A program made the translations under genes and the position numbers. Below the pieces are notes generated by a model. The model had not been told where the DNA came from, did not search any database, and saw only the letters and a list, made by a program, of their open reading frames with translations. DNA of 64,000 nt from Pirellulaceae bacterium (lineage in GTDB: Bacteria; Planctomycetota; Planctomycetia; Pirellulales; Pirellulaceae). The stretch is taken from NCBI GenBank assembly GCA_019636385.1, contig JAHBXT010000005.1, positions 215,925 to 279,924 on the forward strand, read 5' to 3'. This document shows, in pieces, positions 19,698 to 29,689 of the stretch (the stretch's first letter is position 1; each line of letters starts with the position of its first letter).

Positions 19698-20861
19698 TCA
19701 GTTAGCTGAGCCTTCAATTTCGCCACCGTTGCGCGTTACTAACGCACCAAAGGCAGCCGGTGAAATGGAGGCAGAGATGAAAAACACCGCGCCGTCACCG
19801 CGAACTGACTGAACACCGCCACTGTGGAACGAGTAGGGGTTTGTGCCGTTCCAGACGTTGATAAATGAGCACCCTTGAGCTTGAGGATTAAAGTTGGTGT
19901 CGCTAGGATTGCCAGCACCACTCAGGCCTCGGACGTGCTTTGAAATACTCCAGTCAGCAGCCGACGCATTCCACCAAGTATTCGTGCTTGACCCAACGAT
20001 AGCAGGGCGCCCAGTGGCTCTACCACGGAAGTACTCAAGCTGCTTACCAGCAACTTCAATAAAACAAAGTGTTTGCGAGAGGCCGTCGGTCACTTCACTA
20101 AACTTCAACAAGTTCTTGTGATTTCTAGTGGGAGAAGCAGAAGTCCCCGGCAGCATGTGAGATCCAAGCATCCCGTTGTTAGCCATGGGTGAGTTCTCGT
20201 GCGAGTAGCCGCTTGGGACGGTTGCGCCAGGAATACACGGGATAAACGTGTCGTGTAGGCCCCTGATCGCGGCATAATCAGTTCTTGGTAAAGGCAGTGG
20301 CGTGTTTACTGGGACACCCAAAATTGCAGTTACCGGGTGGTAGTAGTCACACGGTGCATCCGGCGACGAGGGGCATATTGTTGTGGGAAACAACTTAGTG
20401 TTCATCACAGTGGACGGAAGCAAACCACCATTGACACCACCGGGTTGGCCAGGCAGATTCCACAAGCTGAGCTGTGGCTTCTTCAGGTCAAAGTAACTGA
20501 ATAGAGCATTGCCCTCCATATAGGGGAGTAGCTGAACAAGTGGCCCAGGTGCTCGGTGAGTATCTGGAGGTGAGAGATTAAAGACGATACTGGGGCTACC
20601 ATTCGGATTAAGCTTCACCGATGGGTCATTGTTGTCAACTTGAGATACCCACGCCGGATACTGGTCTTGGAAGGTAGAAGCATGGTTATGCAGCGCAAGT
20701 CCCAACTGCTTCAAATTATTGCCGCAGCTCATGCGCCGGGCGGCTTCGCGGGCGGCCTGGACGGCGGGTAGCAGCAGACCGACCAGAATTCCGATGATGG
20801 CGATGACCACCAACAGTTCGACCAGCGTAAAGCCGGTTCTTTCGTTACGAGTGCTCTTCAT
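19698..20861 (-). CDS. DUF1559 prepilin-like protein with N-methylation leader and H-X9-DG motif
   Basis: [22 protein letters not shown]; VTDGLSQT; [14 protein letters not shown]; SD GGAGG. Confidence 0.95.
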   Translation of the reverse strand: MKSTRNERTGFTLVELLVVIAIIGILVGLLLPAVQAAREAARRMSCGNNLKQLGLALHNHASTFQDQYPAWVSQVDNNDPSVKLNPNGSPSIVFNLSPPDTHRAPGPLVQLLPYMEGNALFSYFDLKKPQLSLWNLPGQPGGVNGGLLPSTVMNTKLFPTTICPSSPDAPCDYYHPVTAILGVPVNTPLPLPRTDYAAIRGLHDTFIPCIPGATVPSGYSHENSPMANNGMLGSHMLPGTSASPTRNHKNLLKFSEVTDGLSQTLCFIEVAGKQLEYFRGRATGRPAIVGSSTNTWWNASAADWSISKHVRGLSGAGNPSDTNFNPQAQGCSFINVWNGTNPYSFHSGGVQSVRGDGAVFFISASISPAAFGALVTRNGGEIEGSAN

Positions 20862-21457
20862 GTGTGAAACCTCCAATAGATAAAAACAACGGAAACCAGA
20901 GCCCCAAAATAGGTTGGGGGATAAGTCCAAACTCCGCAGCCATCAGCTTAGTCTCTCTACCGGACCATCCGACTCAACGGACGAGTCCGACACAATGCCG
21001 GTCCATTGTTTCGGTAAAGCAAGATTCGCTGTGCTGCATACTTTCTTGCCAGAATTCCTGAAATCTTTTCCTATGATACGATTACTTGTGGCCCTGTCTA
21101 GGGTTAATAGTTGCTTGGCGTCTCAAAACGGTGCAGAATCTTCCGCTAATTGAGCCCTGGGGTGTTAACGGTGGGCATTGGAGGCGACGTTGACGCTGAA
21201 GGAGCTTCACTGTTGGGGGGGGTAGCCTGCTGCGTGTATTGCCATCGCCCTGGTAAACGTGGCTACCGGTGAAATCGGAACAAACGGTAATGATTTTCTG
21301 TAAGGCTAGCTTTCTCTAACTGTTCGGCTACGTCTTTACCGGCATAGTGGCTATCAGCGGTTACAGTTTCACATTCGCCTACTCAGTCGCGTCTGCGATT
21401 GTAATCGTCGGTTATCCATCACACCCGCACCGCCCTTTTTTTGCCCCCGGAGCCATC

Positions 21458-21973
21458 ATGCCGAAGACGAGCCACGTTGGAGATCAAGAAGTTCAGATGG
21501 ATCGCCGCCGAAACCGAGACAGCCGGGCCGAGCCTGCTGCAAAGGTATCTAGCAAACCCAAGTCCGCCAGCAGTTCCGCCAATGCCCAAGACCGCCGTTC
21601 CGCAGTTGTCGCATCGGATGACAGCGCATCGGTAGATGCGCCAGCGTGCAATCAAGCCGAGACCTCTGACTCTGTCAAAGAAGCGCCAGTTCGACGTAAA
21701 CAACAGCGTCGCCGACAGATCGACCCGACGACCTGCGAACGCGAGTATAACGGTTGCGAGATCGAATTCATGCACGCCATCGATGCCTATAAGCGCGCCA
21801 GCGGTCGGATGTTCCCTACGTGCAGCGAGATTCTTGAAGTAATTCAAAAGCTGGGTTACGTCAAGCTAACGGCAGACGAGCGGTTACTGCTGCATAGCAT
21901 CTCCGAAGTCGAGGGCGAATTGGCACAGGCAACTGAGCTTGAATTGATTAAAGCCGGCGAGGATAACCGGTAG
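21458..21973 (+). CDS. Hypothetical protein with a compact C-terminal domain
   Basis: Low-complexity N-terminus, then [40 protein letters not shown]. Confidence 0.75.
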   Translation: MPKTSHVGDQEVQMDRRRNRDSRAEPAAKVSSKPKSASSSANAQDRRSAVVASDDSASVDAPACNQAETSDSVKEAPVRRKQQRRRQIDPTTCEREYNGCEIEFMHAIDAYKRASGRMFPTCSEILEVIQKLGYVKLTADERLLLHSISEVEGELAQATELELIKAGEDNR

Positions 21974-22152
21974 CTACCGTCGTCAGGAAGGTGGTGGGTC
22001 ACCCGACGCAAGCTCCGCGCTCTAGTGAGCGTAGTTGTGTTTCTCAGGTGACTCGTCAGTCGCCGACATCCCGGCTATGATTGCCAGCCGTAGTGGTTTA
22101 GATGCGGTCTAGTCATTGAGTGCGGATAGGGCTACAGTTGAACGAGTGGGTG

Positions 22153-23409
22153 ATGCAGGGCCAGCTTCCCTGGGAGACCGAGATCGATACTCCGGCAACC
22201 ATCGCTGTGATCGGCGGTGGACCCTGTGGCATCGAAGCCGCACTATACGCGCGGTTCTTGGGCTACTCGGTGGATGTCTACGATGCCGACAAAATCGGTA
22301 ACAGCCTCGCGTATTGGGGAAATCGACGGTTGCCTGGCTGCTGGCGCAACTGGGTAACATCATTAGGTCTGGCCGCGCTGGAGGCCCATGAGCATCCATT
22401 GCCAGACTTGCAGGCGGTACCGACGTGCCACGAGTATGTTCAGCAATATTTGTTGCCATTGGCGCGCACAGATCTACTCTATAGCTCGATCAACAATCGG
22501 ACGCCGGTCCTGTCCATCAGTCGGCTGGGTTGCAGCAACAGCGCTGAACTGGCTATATGCCAACGTGCGGATCAAGAGTTTCGCATATTGCTGCATAGCG
22601 GCGAGCGCGGCGATTTTTCGCAGATCGTAGATATCGTTTTGGACTGTTCCGGTAGTCAGTTTGTTCGGAAACAGTTGGCAAGCGGTGGAGGGCAACCGGC
22701 GGGCTGGCAAGCGGTGGTTGGGCAGGTGCTGCTTGGCAAACGGCCGATCTTGGGCAAAGAACGCTCGTTGTTCAGCGGCCAACGCATTATGCTGTTTGGC
22801 AGTGACGACACAGCGATGGCGAACGCCCTGGAGATCGCCCAGTTGGCCCAGTCCGAGAGTAGCCCCGAGACCACCTTGTTCTGGGTGGTTCCTAAACGTC
22901 TGGTGCAACCGGAACGTGTCCTGGAGTTGCCAGCCGACAGCGGTTTCGTAGATGGCGATGAAGTGGAACGTGCGGAACAGCTTTACCGCCAGGCCGATTC
23001 CCGACGCATTGTGCCGCTGACGGCTTGGGGCGTGGAAGCGATCGCGCCCAGTCAACGAGGCTGGAAGGTGACATTGCAGACCGGGCCAGATGAGACTTTG
23101 GAGCTCGAAGTCGATCGGCTAGTTCACTGCGGCGATCGACTGCCAGCAGCGGGCTATCATCATAGCTTGCAGTTAGAACCCTGGAGCGACGGCGGCGCAT
23201 GCGATGCGGCCGTGACGCGAGAACCGCACTTCTATTTGCTTGGTGATCGTGGGCAGCAACCCGTCGGCGGTGTCAACGGTAGCAGCGTTTATCGGCCCTG
23301 TCCCATCAGTCGTATACACGAGCAGATACGTCGAGTCTTCGGCATGATTGGTGGTCGAGCCGATTTGGATCTGTACAGCTCCGTACGGCCCAGGTCGATC
23401 GAGGGCTAG
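22153..23409 (+). CDS. FAD-dependent oxidoreductase-like protein
   Basis: N-terminal Rossmann IAVIGGGPCGIEAALYA; VDIVLDCSG; second dinucleotide motif degenerate. Confidence 0.75.
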   Translation: MQGQLPWETEIDTPATIAVIGGGPCGIEAALYARFLGYSVDVYDADKIGNSLAYWGNRRLPGCWRNWVTSLGLAALEAHEHPLPDLQAVPTCHEYVQQYLLPLARTDLLYSSINNRTPVLSISRLGCSNSAELAICQRADQEFRILLHSGERGDFSQIVDIVLDCSGSQFVRKQLASGGGQPAGWQAVVGQVLLGKRPILGKERSLFSGQRIMLFGSDDTAMANALEIAQLAQSESSPETTLFWVVPKRLVQPERVLELPADSGFVDGDEVERAEQLYRQADSRRIVPLTAWGVEAIAPSQRGWKVTLQTGPDETLELEVDRLVHCGDRLPAAGYHHSLQLEPWSDGGACDAAVTREPHFYLLGDRGQQPVGGVNGSSVYRPCPISRIHEQIRRVFGMIGGRADLDLYSSVRPRSIEG

Positions 23410-23424
23410 CGCAGCGTTCAACGA

Positions 23425-25872
23425 TTATCGTCGCAGGTTGAGCAGTTCGTCGAACAGTTGTTGCGTGGAGGTGATGACTCGCGCGTTGCTTCGATACTGA
23501 GTCGATGCCAGCACCAGCTTCACTAAGTCACCGCCGATATCGGTGTTGGATAGTTCGAGCGCACCGGCGCTGACGGTACCGATCCCGTTTTCGCCGGGTT
23601 TGCCTTCAATGGGTAGACCGGTGTTAATGCCTTGCGCGAACAGGTTTTGGCCGCGTTGTTCAAGGCCTTCAGGATTGGTGAATCGCGCCAAGCGGATTTC
23701 GCCGATGGTCCGCGAAATACCATTGCTGAACACGCCGCGAATCGTTCCATCTTCACCAATGATATAGCTGGTCAATTTGCCGGGCGGCGAGCCGTCTTGC
23801 CGTGATGCGTTTAATGTTGCGCGCTGCTCAGCCAATCCTTTCATGCCACTGAAGTCCAGCGAAAACTGGAGCGGAGAGACGCTCGGGATATTGCGACGGT
23901 CAATGGCCACGGTCGAATTGGTGGCCGATACGAAATTTCCAGCTCCGTCAAAAGTCAACAACCCCGTCCCAACGGCAATTTGCGAACCAGAAAGGGGCAT
24001 GTTGTCGGCTGAGTCCGCGTACCAGCGATAGGTGGTGGCCGAATCAGAGCGGCTTTCCATGACTGCTGTGACTCGCGTGCGGATGGGCATCCCCAAGGAA
24101 TCATACGTAATAAATTCTGCTACGGCACTTTGCCCTTTGGCGGATTGCACCGATCCGAAGGCCAGATTGGGAATATCCAGTCCCCCGCCGGTTCGGTTGA
24201 CGCGAAAACTAGTCAGGTCGATGCTCAGCGCGTTATCGACTCCGTTGTTGCCGACAAATCGAATGCGACCATCGCGAATATAGGAACCAGCGGCCAGTTC
24301 GCCAGTTTCACCTGCGATGTTGTTGACCGACATGGGCATGGGGTTTACCGAATCGTTGGAATTCGTCTGGATACCCATGGCTTGCTGCATGAAGTCCACC
24401 AAATCTTGAACTGTGCTGGTGGACGTAATCTCATACGTTTTGTCCTGTAGAGAGCGACCGCCTTTGCGTCCCTCAAAACTGAGAGTACCGAGCTGGAATG
24501 GGTTTTCGTATACGAATCCATTGAGACGCGTAACATCCGTCAGTAAGGTGTTACTATCAATGCGCGGGCCGTCCAGGTCCACACGTTTGTTGCCTGCAAT
24601 ATTCAAATCGCTGATCTCGGCATCCGTGCGACTGTCCGTGTAGCTCTGCCCCGGAGCGATGGTGTCGACCAGATAAAATGAATTCTGATCTGATGCGGTA
24701 TTGCGATAGATGCGGATCGAATCATAAGGCGGGAAGCCGCCGCTGGGAGGCGGAACTGGCGGCGTAGGAAAGCCGTCCAGCAGTATGCGGCCATTGACAA
24801 TATTCTGAGGTCCGCTGATCAGAGAGGGCCGCGTTTCGGGGTCACCAGCCCGATAGAAGGTGACCATGTAGCTGTAATTGCCGTTCAGGTCGGCCGCATT
24901 CAGTTCTGGCCCCAATGGCAACGAGCCATTGTCGACGTAGCTGCCACCGACCGGCACCGTATCCAGCTCAAAAAACTGAGTCCCATTGGCGGCTGTACGG
25001 TAAATACGCAGTTGCGAATATTCTGGTACGCTGGGCAGATTGTCCAGTGTGATCGTATTATCGGGTAGACCATTGCCCACAGGTACGGTCACGCTGATGG
25101 TGCTACTGGCTGGGCCTTCGTGTCCTGATGAGTCGACATAGACCAGACGATATTGATAGTTGGAACCTTCAACCAGCGAGCCGCCACCCTGGTTGTGTGC
25201 GACTGTGACTGAGGAAGTGCTGGGCCGAGTTGCACTGGCCAGAGTTATCCCGCTGCCATCGGGGCGCGGTATGGCTGCGTTGCCCAAGATCGCGCTTTCG
25301 ATGACTTCGGCAGTATTAGCCAAGTCGCCCAAGGGGGTCAGTGTACCTTCCATGGTTACCGTCTGAGTAGCTTGAGCGACCGCTTCACTGCCCAGGGGAA
25401 TGTTCAGCGGCACCAACTCAGTTGACTGCACGCGAAACTGAGCATCGACACCGTATCCCAGTAGGCGCTGACCGTTGGGAGTAACCAGCTCGTTAGCGCT
25501 ATTCAGACTAAAAATACCCGAGCGCGTATACAACTTCTCCTGATTGGTACCTTGAACGATAAACAGGCCATCCCCTTGAATAGCCATGTCAGAAGCGTTA
25601 GAGCTGATTTGAACCGTGCCTTGGGTAAAATTTGGAGAGATACCGGCGACTTGCACTCCCAAGCCGGTTTGCCTGGGGTTGGTGCCCCCAGTGTCGACGC
25701 TCGGAGAGGCACCCAGAGACAGGGTCTGCAAGAATTGTGTTGCAAACTGAACTTGAGACGCTTTGAAGCCCACGGTTTGCGAATTGGCCAGATTGTTGCC
25801 GATGACATCAATCTGTGTTTCGGCGGCGGTTAGCCCGGTAAGCGAGGTACTGAGCGCAGATGCGAGTCCCAT
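23425..25872 (-). CDS. flgE: Flagellar hook protein, enlarged (815 aa)
   Basis: IDVIGNNLANSQTVGFK, DMAIQGDGLF, YTRSGIF; C-terminal GALELSNTD..YRSNARVITSTQQLFDELLNLRR. Confidence 0.92.
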   Translation of the reverse strand: MGLASALSTSLTGLTAAETQIDVIGNNLANSQTVGFKASQVQFATQFLQTLSLGASPSVDTGGTNPRQTGLGVQVAGISPNFTQGTVQISSNASDMAIQGDGLFIVQGTNQEKLYTRSGIFSLNSANELVTPNGQRLLGYGVDAQFRVQSTELVPLNIPLGSEAVAQATQTVTMEGTLTPLGDLANTAEVIESAILGNAAIPRPDGSGITLASATRPSTSSVTVAHNQGGGSLVEGSNYQYRLVYVDSSGHEGPASSTISVTVPVGNGLPDNTITLDNLPSVPEYSQLRIYRTAANGTQFFELDTVPVGGSYVDNGSLPLGPELNAADLNGNYSYMVTFYRAGDPETRPSLISGPQNIVNGRILLDGFPTPPVPPPSGGFPPYDSIRIYRNTASDQNSFYLVDTIAPGQSYTDSRTDAEISDLNIAGNKRVDLDGPRIDSNTLLTDVTRLNGFVYENPFQLGTLSFEGRKGGRSLQDKTYEITSTSTVQDLVDFMQQAMGIQTNSNDSVNPMPMSVNNIAGETGELAAGSYIRDGRIRFVGNNGVDNALSIDLTSFRVNRTGGGLDIPNLAFGSVQSAKGQSAVAEFITYDSLGMPIRTRVTAVMESRSDSATTYRWYADSADNMPLSGSQIAVGTGLLTFDGAGNFVSATNSTVAIDRRNIPSVSPLQFSLDFSGMKGLAEQRATLNASRQDGSPPGKLTSYIIGEDGTIRGVFSNGISRTIGEIRLARFTNPEGLEQRGQNLFAQGINTGLPIEGKPGENGIGTVSAGALELSNTDIGGDLVKLVLASTQYRSNARVITSTQQLFDELLNLRR

Positions 25873-25933
25873 AGGTCATCCACTCCGTGTGCCGACGATG
25901 CGGATGGCTCCGAGCCTGTCTACACCGCTAGCA

Positions 25934-26368
25934 TTAATTGGCGACAATTTGGCGAATGTTCTTCATATCGACAACTGAATCGCCAATGTGTACGGATACT
26001 CTGCGAAACGATGGATTCGTGGGGTCGGTTTGCACGGACACTCGATCCACGACGCCGCTGACATCTTTTGCGTTCGTGTCCAACCCGTTGACGTTCTTGC
26101 CGATCAACGTGCTGGCCATTGATAACTCTTGGCCAACCGCAAAGTTGGTCAACGTTTCCGTCAGCTGATTGGTGGCTCCGATTTCGCGAATGGTGGCGAT
26201 CTGTGCCAGCATTTGAGCATTGTCCATCGGATTAAGTGGATCTTGGTTTTGCAACTCGGTGATCATCAGAGACATAAACTGGTCCATGTCCACTTCCCGC
26301 ATATCATTGCCGCGAATACCGCTGTTGGAATTGTTGGAGCTACTGCCTACTCCGGGAATGCGTGTCAT
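25934..26368 (-). CDS. flgD: Flagellar hook capping protein
   Basis: FMSLMITELQNQDPLNPMDNAQMLAQIA. Confidence 0.93.
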   Translation of the reverse strand: MTRIPGVGSSSNNSNSGIRGNDMREVDMDQFMSLMITELQNQDPLNPMDNAQMLAQIATIREIGATNQLTETLTNFAVGQELSMASTLIGKNVNGLDTNAKDVSGVVDRVSVQTDPTNPSFRRVSVHIGDSVVDMKNIRQIVAN

Positions 26369-26565
26369 GTGCTGGTCCTTGTTTGTTAGGCCAATTCGTC
26401 GCGTTGGTTCACTGTCTTGCAGCTTCGCTCGCCTAGAGCGTGGCGGGTACAGTGTGCGACGCCGGTGTTGCCCGTCCACCGTCTGGCGACGGTAGCTACG
26501 GCTGAGTCTATAGGTCCATGCGGCTTGGCGTCCACTTCAATTGAGACCGACCAGTCATGCTAGCC

Positions 26566-28410
26566 TTAGGCTTGCAAGTCAATGCCCTGGGCGGTCACGG
26601 CAGTTGCCTTGCGCAGTGGTGTGTCAGAACCCTGGCCGAGATCCAGTTGCCGTCGCAGGTGGAGTGAGCGGCGCCAATCGGTCGGTGGTGACGACAGGTT
26701 CGAAGGTGAGTGTTGTTGCTGTCCATCATTCTGTCCACCAAACTCCGCGCCCTGTCCTCCAACCTCGACCGAAAAATCAACTACTGTAAAGCCTTGATCG
26801 GCCAATTGACTGCGCAATTGAGGTAGCGATTCCATGATGACTTCGCGGGCCATCTCGGACTGAGTCGTCATATGAGCCGACAGATTGCGACCGTCCAGCC
26901 GAACTTGAACCGCCAGTGAACCAAGTTCCGGCGGATGCAGTCGCAATTGAAGATTGCCACCGTCGGGACCAAGCCGCGAAAAACTGCGAGCCACGCGCTG
27001 TACAAGTCGCGCCCGATCAATTTGACTCATGTTTGCTGACTGGCCGTCGCCCGAGACTGTTGGCTTGGACTCAGTAGCTCCATTGCCTCCGACAGCAGAG
27101 CCGGTCTGCGTTGTTGCGCTGTGTGGCGTAGTAGGCGAGTTGCCGCGTGCAGAGGCAGCATCAGCGTTGCTCGTACTACCGGCAGCCGCAAGTGGTTGCG
27201 CTGCTGTGGCGGACTCCCCACTACTTGCAGTGGCCATATGATGGCCCATCATTGTCGTCGGCAGAACCGAACTGGGTTCGTGGTTGGTACTCGGGTCTGC
27301 GCCGATCAGACTATTGTTGACAGCAATGGGCGTACCTACGGCAGAACTTTTTTCCGTCGATGGTTGCCCGACATTGAGACTTGCGGGATTCAAGTCTTGT
27401 TTGGATGACGGAATCGCGGCAGCTCGAACTGCCCGTGCGTCGGCGGTGTCCTGCAGACCTTGCTTGTCGTTCCCATTCAGAACTGTATTGCGACCAGTCA
27501 CCGTCATTTCACGGCTTGTGTTTGCTAGGCTGCCAGCTCGATCAGCTCGACTCGCTCGATTGCGACGTCCTGATCCACGGCGAGGTTGAGTATTTTCGGC
27601 GCCCAGTTCGATTGCCTTGGCTGTAGGGGCTGGTCCTAGTGGCATTTCGCTTGTCAAGTCGGTCAAGGTTTGGCCCGGCGCAGCCTGGACTATTAATTTC
27701 GTGCCTTGCGCGGCAGGTTGTAATAACTGCTCGGCGGTCTCCGTTTGACGGTTGGCTTCATTTTGTCTGTCGGATGACTCTGCGGTTTTTGATTTTTTGG
27801 CGCGTGGCTGGTCAGTACGATGCGTTTCGTGATTCAGCTTGGAGGCATCTACGTCGAAAACATCTTCGTGGCCAGCTTCAGGGTCAGCAGATACAACTTC
27901 GGACACCATTGCTAATGTGTCGCTCTTTTCGGATTGGGATTGGTCGCCATCTGTCCTTCCGGCTACCTGTAGCTCCCCCCCAGCAGATGCCAGGCTTACG
28001 GTTTGTACTTCAGCTGGGCGTGCATCGGTCTGAGTTTGAGTGTTCTGAATTGGCGCTACATAATGCACAGCATCCATGGCTTCGGATTGAATATTCGATG
28101 TTGCTTGGCTTTCGGATTGTTGCTGCTCTCGGTCCGGCCGGGCTGCCTGATCTGAAGATGCGGTCGGCGAGCAATCCTGAGCATCGCAGGCTTGGTCGGT
28201 CGGCGGCTCATGACTCAGTCGCGCTTGGCTTGTATCTGAGCCAGAATCTTGTGATGGCGATGTGGCGGGCTTGGTAAGAGCCTGCGCAGGCAGCGCTAAT
28301 AGTGATTCGAAATCAACCCGCGTGGCAATGTTGCGCGTTGGCCAATAGGTTTGACCGGGCAGGTTCCATGGGCTGGTGCCGGTCAATGGACCGACTTTGG
28401 ATTCCATCAT
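26566..28410 (-). CDS. fliK: Flagellar hook-length control protein
   Basis: Long low-complexity region; C-terminal QLRLHPPELGSL..LPQLRSQLADQG. Confidence 0.9.
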   Translation of the reverse strand: MMESKVGPLTGTSPWNLPGQTYWPTRNIATRVDFESLLALPAQALTKPATSPSQDSGSDTSQARLSHEPPTDQACDAQDCSPTASSDQAARPDREQQQSESQATSNIQSEAMDAVHYVAPIQNTQTQTDARPAEVQTVSLASAGGELQVAGRTDGDQSQSEKSDTLAMVSEVVSADPEAGHEDVFDVDASKLNHETHRTDQPRAKKSKTAESSDRQNEANRQTETAEQLLQPAAQGTKLIVQAAPGQTLTDLTSEMPLGPAPTAKAIELGAENTQPRRGSGRRNRASRADRAGSLANTSREMTVTGRNTVLNGNDKQGLQDTADARAVRAAAIPSSKQDLNPASLNVGQPSTEKSSAVGTPIAVNNSLIGADPSTNHEPSSVLPTTMMGHHMATASSGESATAAQPLAAAGSTSNADAASARGNSPTTPHSATTQTGSAVGGNGATESKPTVSGDGQSANMSQIDRARLVQRVARSFSRLGPDGGNLQLRLHPPELGSLAVQVRLDGRNLSAHMTTQSEMAREVIMESLPQLRSQLADQGFTVVDFSVEVGGQGAEFGGQNDGQQQHSPSNLSSPPTDWRRSLHLRRQLDLGQGSDTPLRKATAVTAQGIDLQA

Positions 28411-28468
28411 AAAATTCCCCCTGTACCGCCAGAATCCGGCACTGCCGACCGGCGGCTGTTGGGGAGCT

Positions 28469-29134
28469 TTATGGAGTATTCTGCGAACTTTGGTGCTGGT
28501 CGCCAATCAGATTGGCTACGGGTTCACCAGCTAGCATTGTCATCAGGATATCATGCAGCTTGCCTGAATCCTCACGATCAGCAAACTCCCCCAATATCTT
28601 CTTTCGTTTGGCGGGGTCCATTACTTTAACGATTGCTACAACTTCCTCCATTCGCTCGGCGGCCAACATGCGAATCAGTTGATCTTTAGCTTGATCTGGT
28701 GCTAATTCTTCGATGGTTCGTTGGACTTGCATCAGCTTTTCGCTAGCGGCCTTTTTTTGCAGTTGGTCAACTGAGTTCAGGTATTCTTGACGGCGGCGAT
28801 CGAAATCTGCAGCCTTTGTATCGAGCTCGGCCAGCATTTTGGTAAGCGTCTCGCGTTCTCGGGCGATCGCATCTTGTTGGTTCTGCAAATCGACACTCAT
28901 CCGAGCGCGTTGATCTAGAATTTCTTCATGTGTCGGTGTTGGAACTTGCCGCTCCTTCTCGAACACCTCGGCCAACTGCTCGCCGGTCAAGTCGATCCCA
29001 TTGACCAGGGCCAGCGCCTGGGTGACCGTTGATTTATGAAGGTTCCCTTTGCCGGCCATGATGCCCAGGATCATAAGCTGGGCAATGACCGTGGCCACGC
29101 ACAATGCGGTCAATAATCGCACAATCAGGCCCAT
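28469..29134 (-). CDS. YlxF/FlbB/MotE-like flagellar protein (TM helix, coiled coil, MgtE_N-like helices)
   Basis: Position between fliJ and fliK, as for B. subtilis ylxF; IEELAPDQAKDQL..VKVMDPAKRKKIL. Confidence 0.7.
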   Translation of the reverse strand: MGLIVRLLTALCVATVIAQLMILGIMAGKGNLHKSTVTQALALVNGIDLTGEQLAEVFEKERQVPTPTHEEILDQRARMSVDLQNQQDAIARERETLTKMLAELDTKAADFDRRRQEYLNSVDQLQKKAASEKLMQVQRTIEELAPDQAKDQLIRMLAAERMEEVVAIVKVMDPAKRKKILGEFADREDSGKLHDILMTMLAGEPVANLIGDQHQSSQNTP

Positions 29135-29137
29135 GGG

Positions 29138-29674
29138 TTATTCTCCGAGAAGCGATGGATTGGAGCTGTTGGGCTGCGCATTGACAGCATTGGCGGAAGA
29201 TGAGATTCCGGTGGAGCCTCCCGGCAACTGGCTTGCCGATTCCCAGTGTCGATAGCTGGCCCATTCGTCCAGGCGATATTGCTGTCGAGCCGCTTCAGCT
29301 TGTTGCCAGTGTTGCCATTGTGAATGCTGCAGTTTTTCTAGCGCGCGAACATCCTGTTCCTTCTGAATTAAAATCTGGTGGCGGCGCTGGCGTTCCTGTT
29401 GAATTAGCGAAATTTTTTCACGCGCAACTTCGATCTGGTTGAGCAGATGCAGTTGATAGCGTTGTGATTCAAGCAGCTTTTGGGTATGCACCAAGCCTTG
29501 ATTGGCTTGGCTCTGCAGGACAACTTGTTCATTAACGTCTGCCAACAATTGTTGCACATGTTCGTTCAACTGGTCGATTGCCCGCTGCGATTGCTGCAGC
29601 GACTTGGCAGCGTCGTCGCGCAGACGCTGACGCAGTTTTTGAACGCTGGACAGTGTGAATCGAAAGTTGGACAT
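29138..29674 (-). CDS. fliJ: Flagellar export protein FliJ
   Basis: FRFTLSSVQKLR start, coiled coil, DVRALEKL..QYRLDE; directly after fliI. Confidence 0.8.
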   Translation of the reverse strand: MSNFRFTLSSVQKLRQRLRDDAAKSLQQSQRAIDQLNEHVQQLLADVNEQVVLQSQANQGLVHTQKLLESQRYQLHLLNQIEVAREKISLIQQERQRRHQILIQKEQDVRALEKLQHSQWQHWQQAEAARQQYRLDEWASYRHWESASQLPGGSTGISSSANAVNAQPNSSNPSLLGE

Positions 29675-29689
29675 CGGGGTATCACGACC

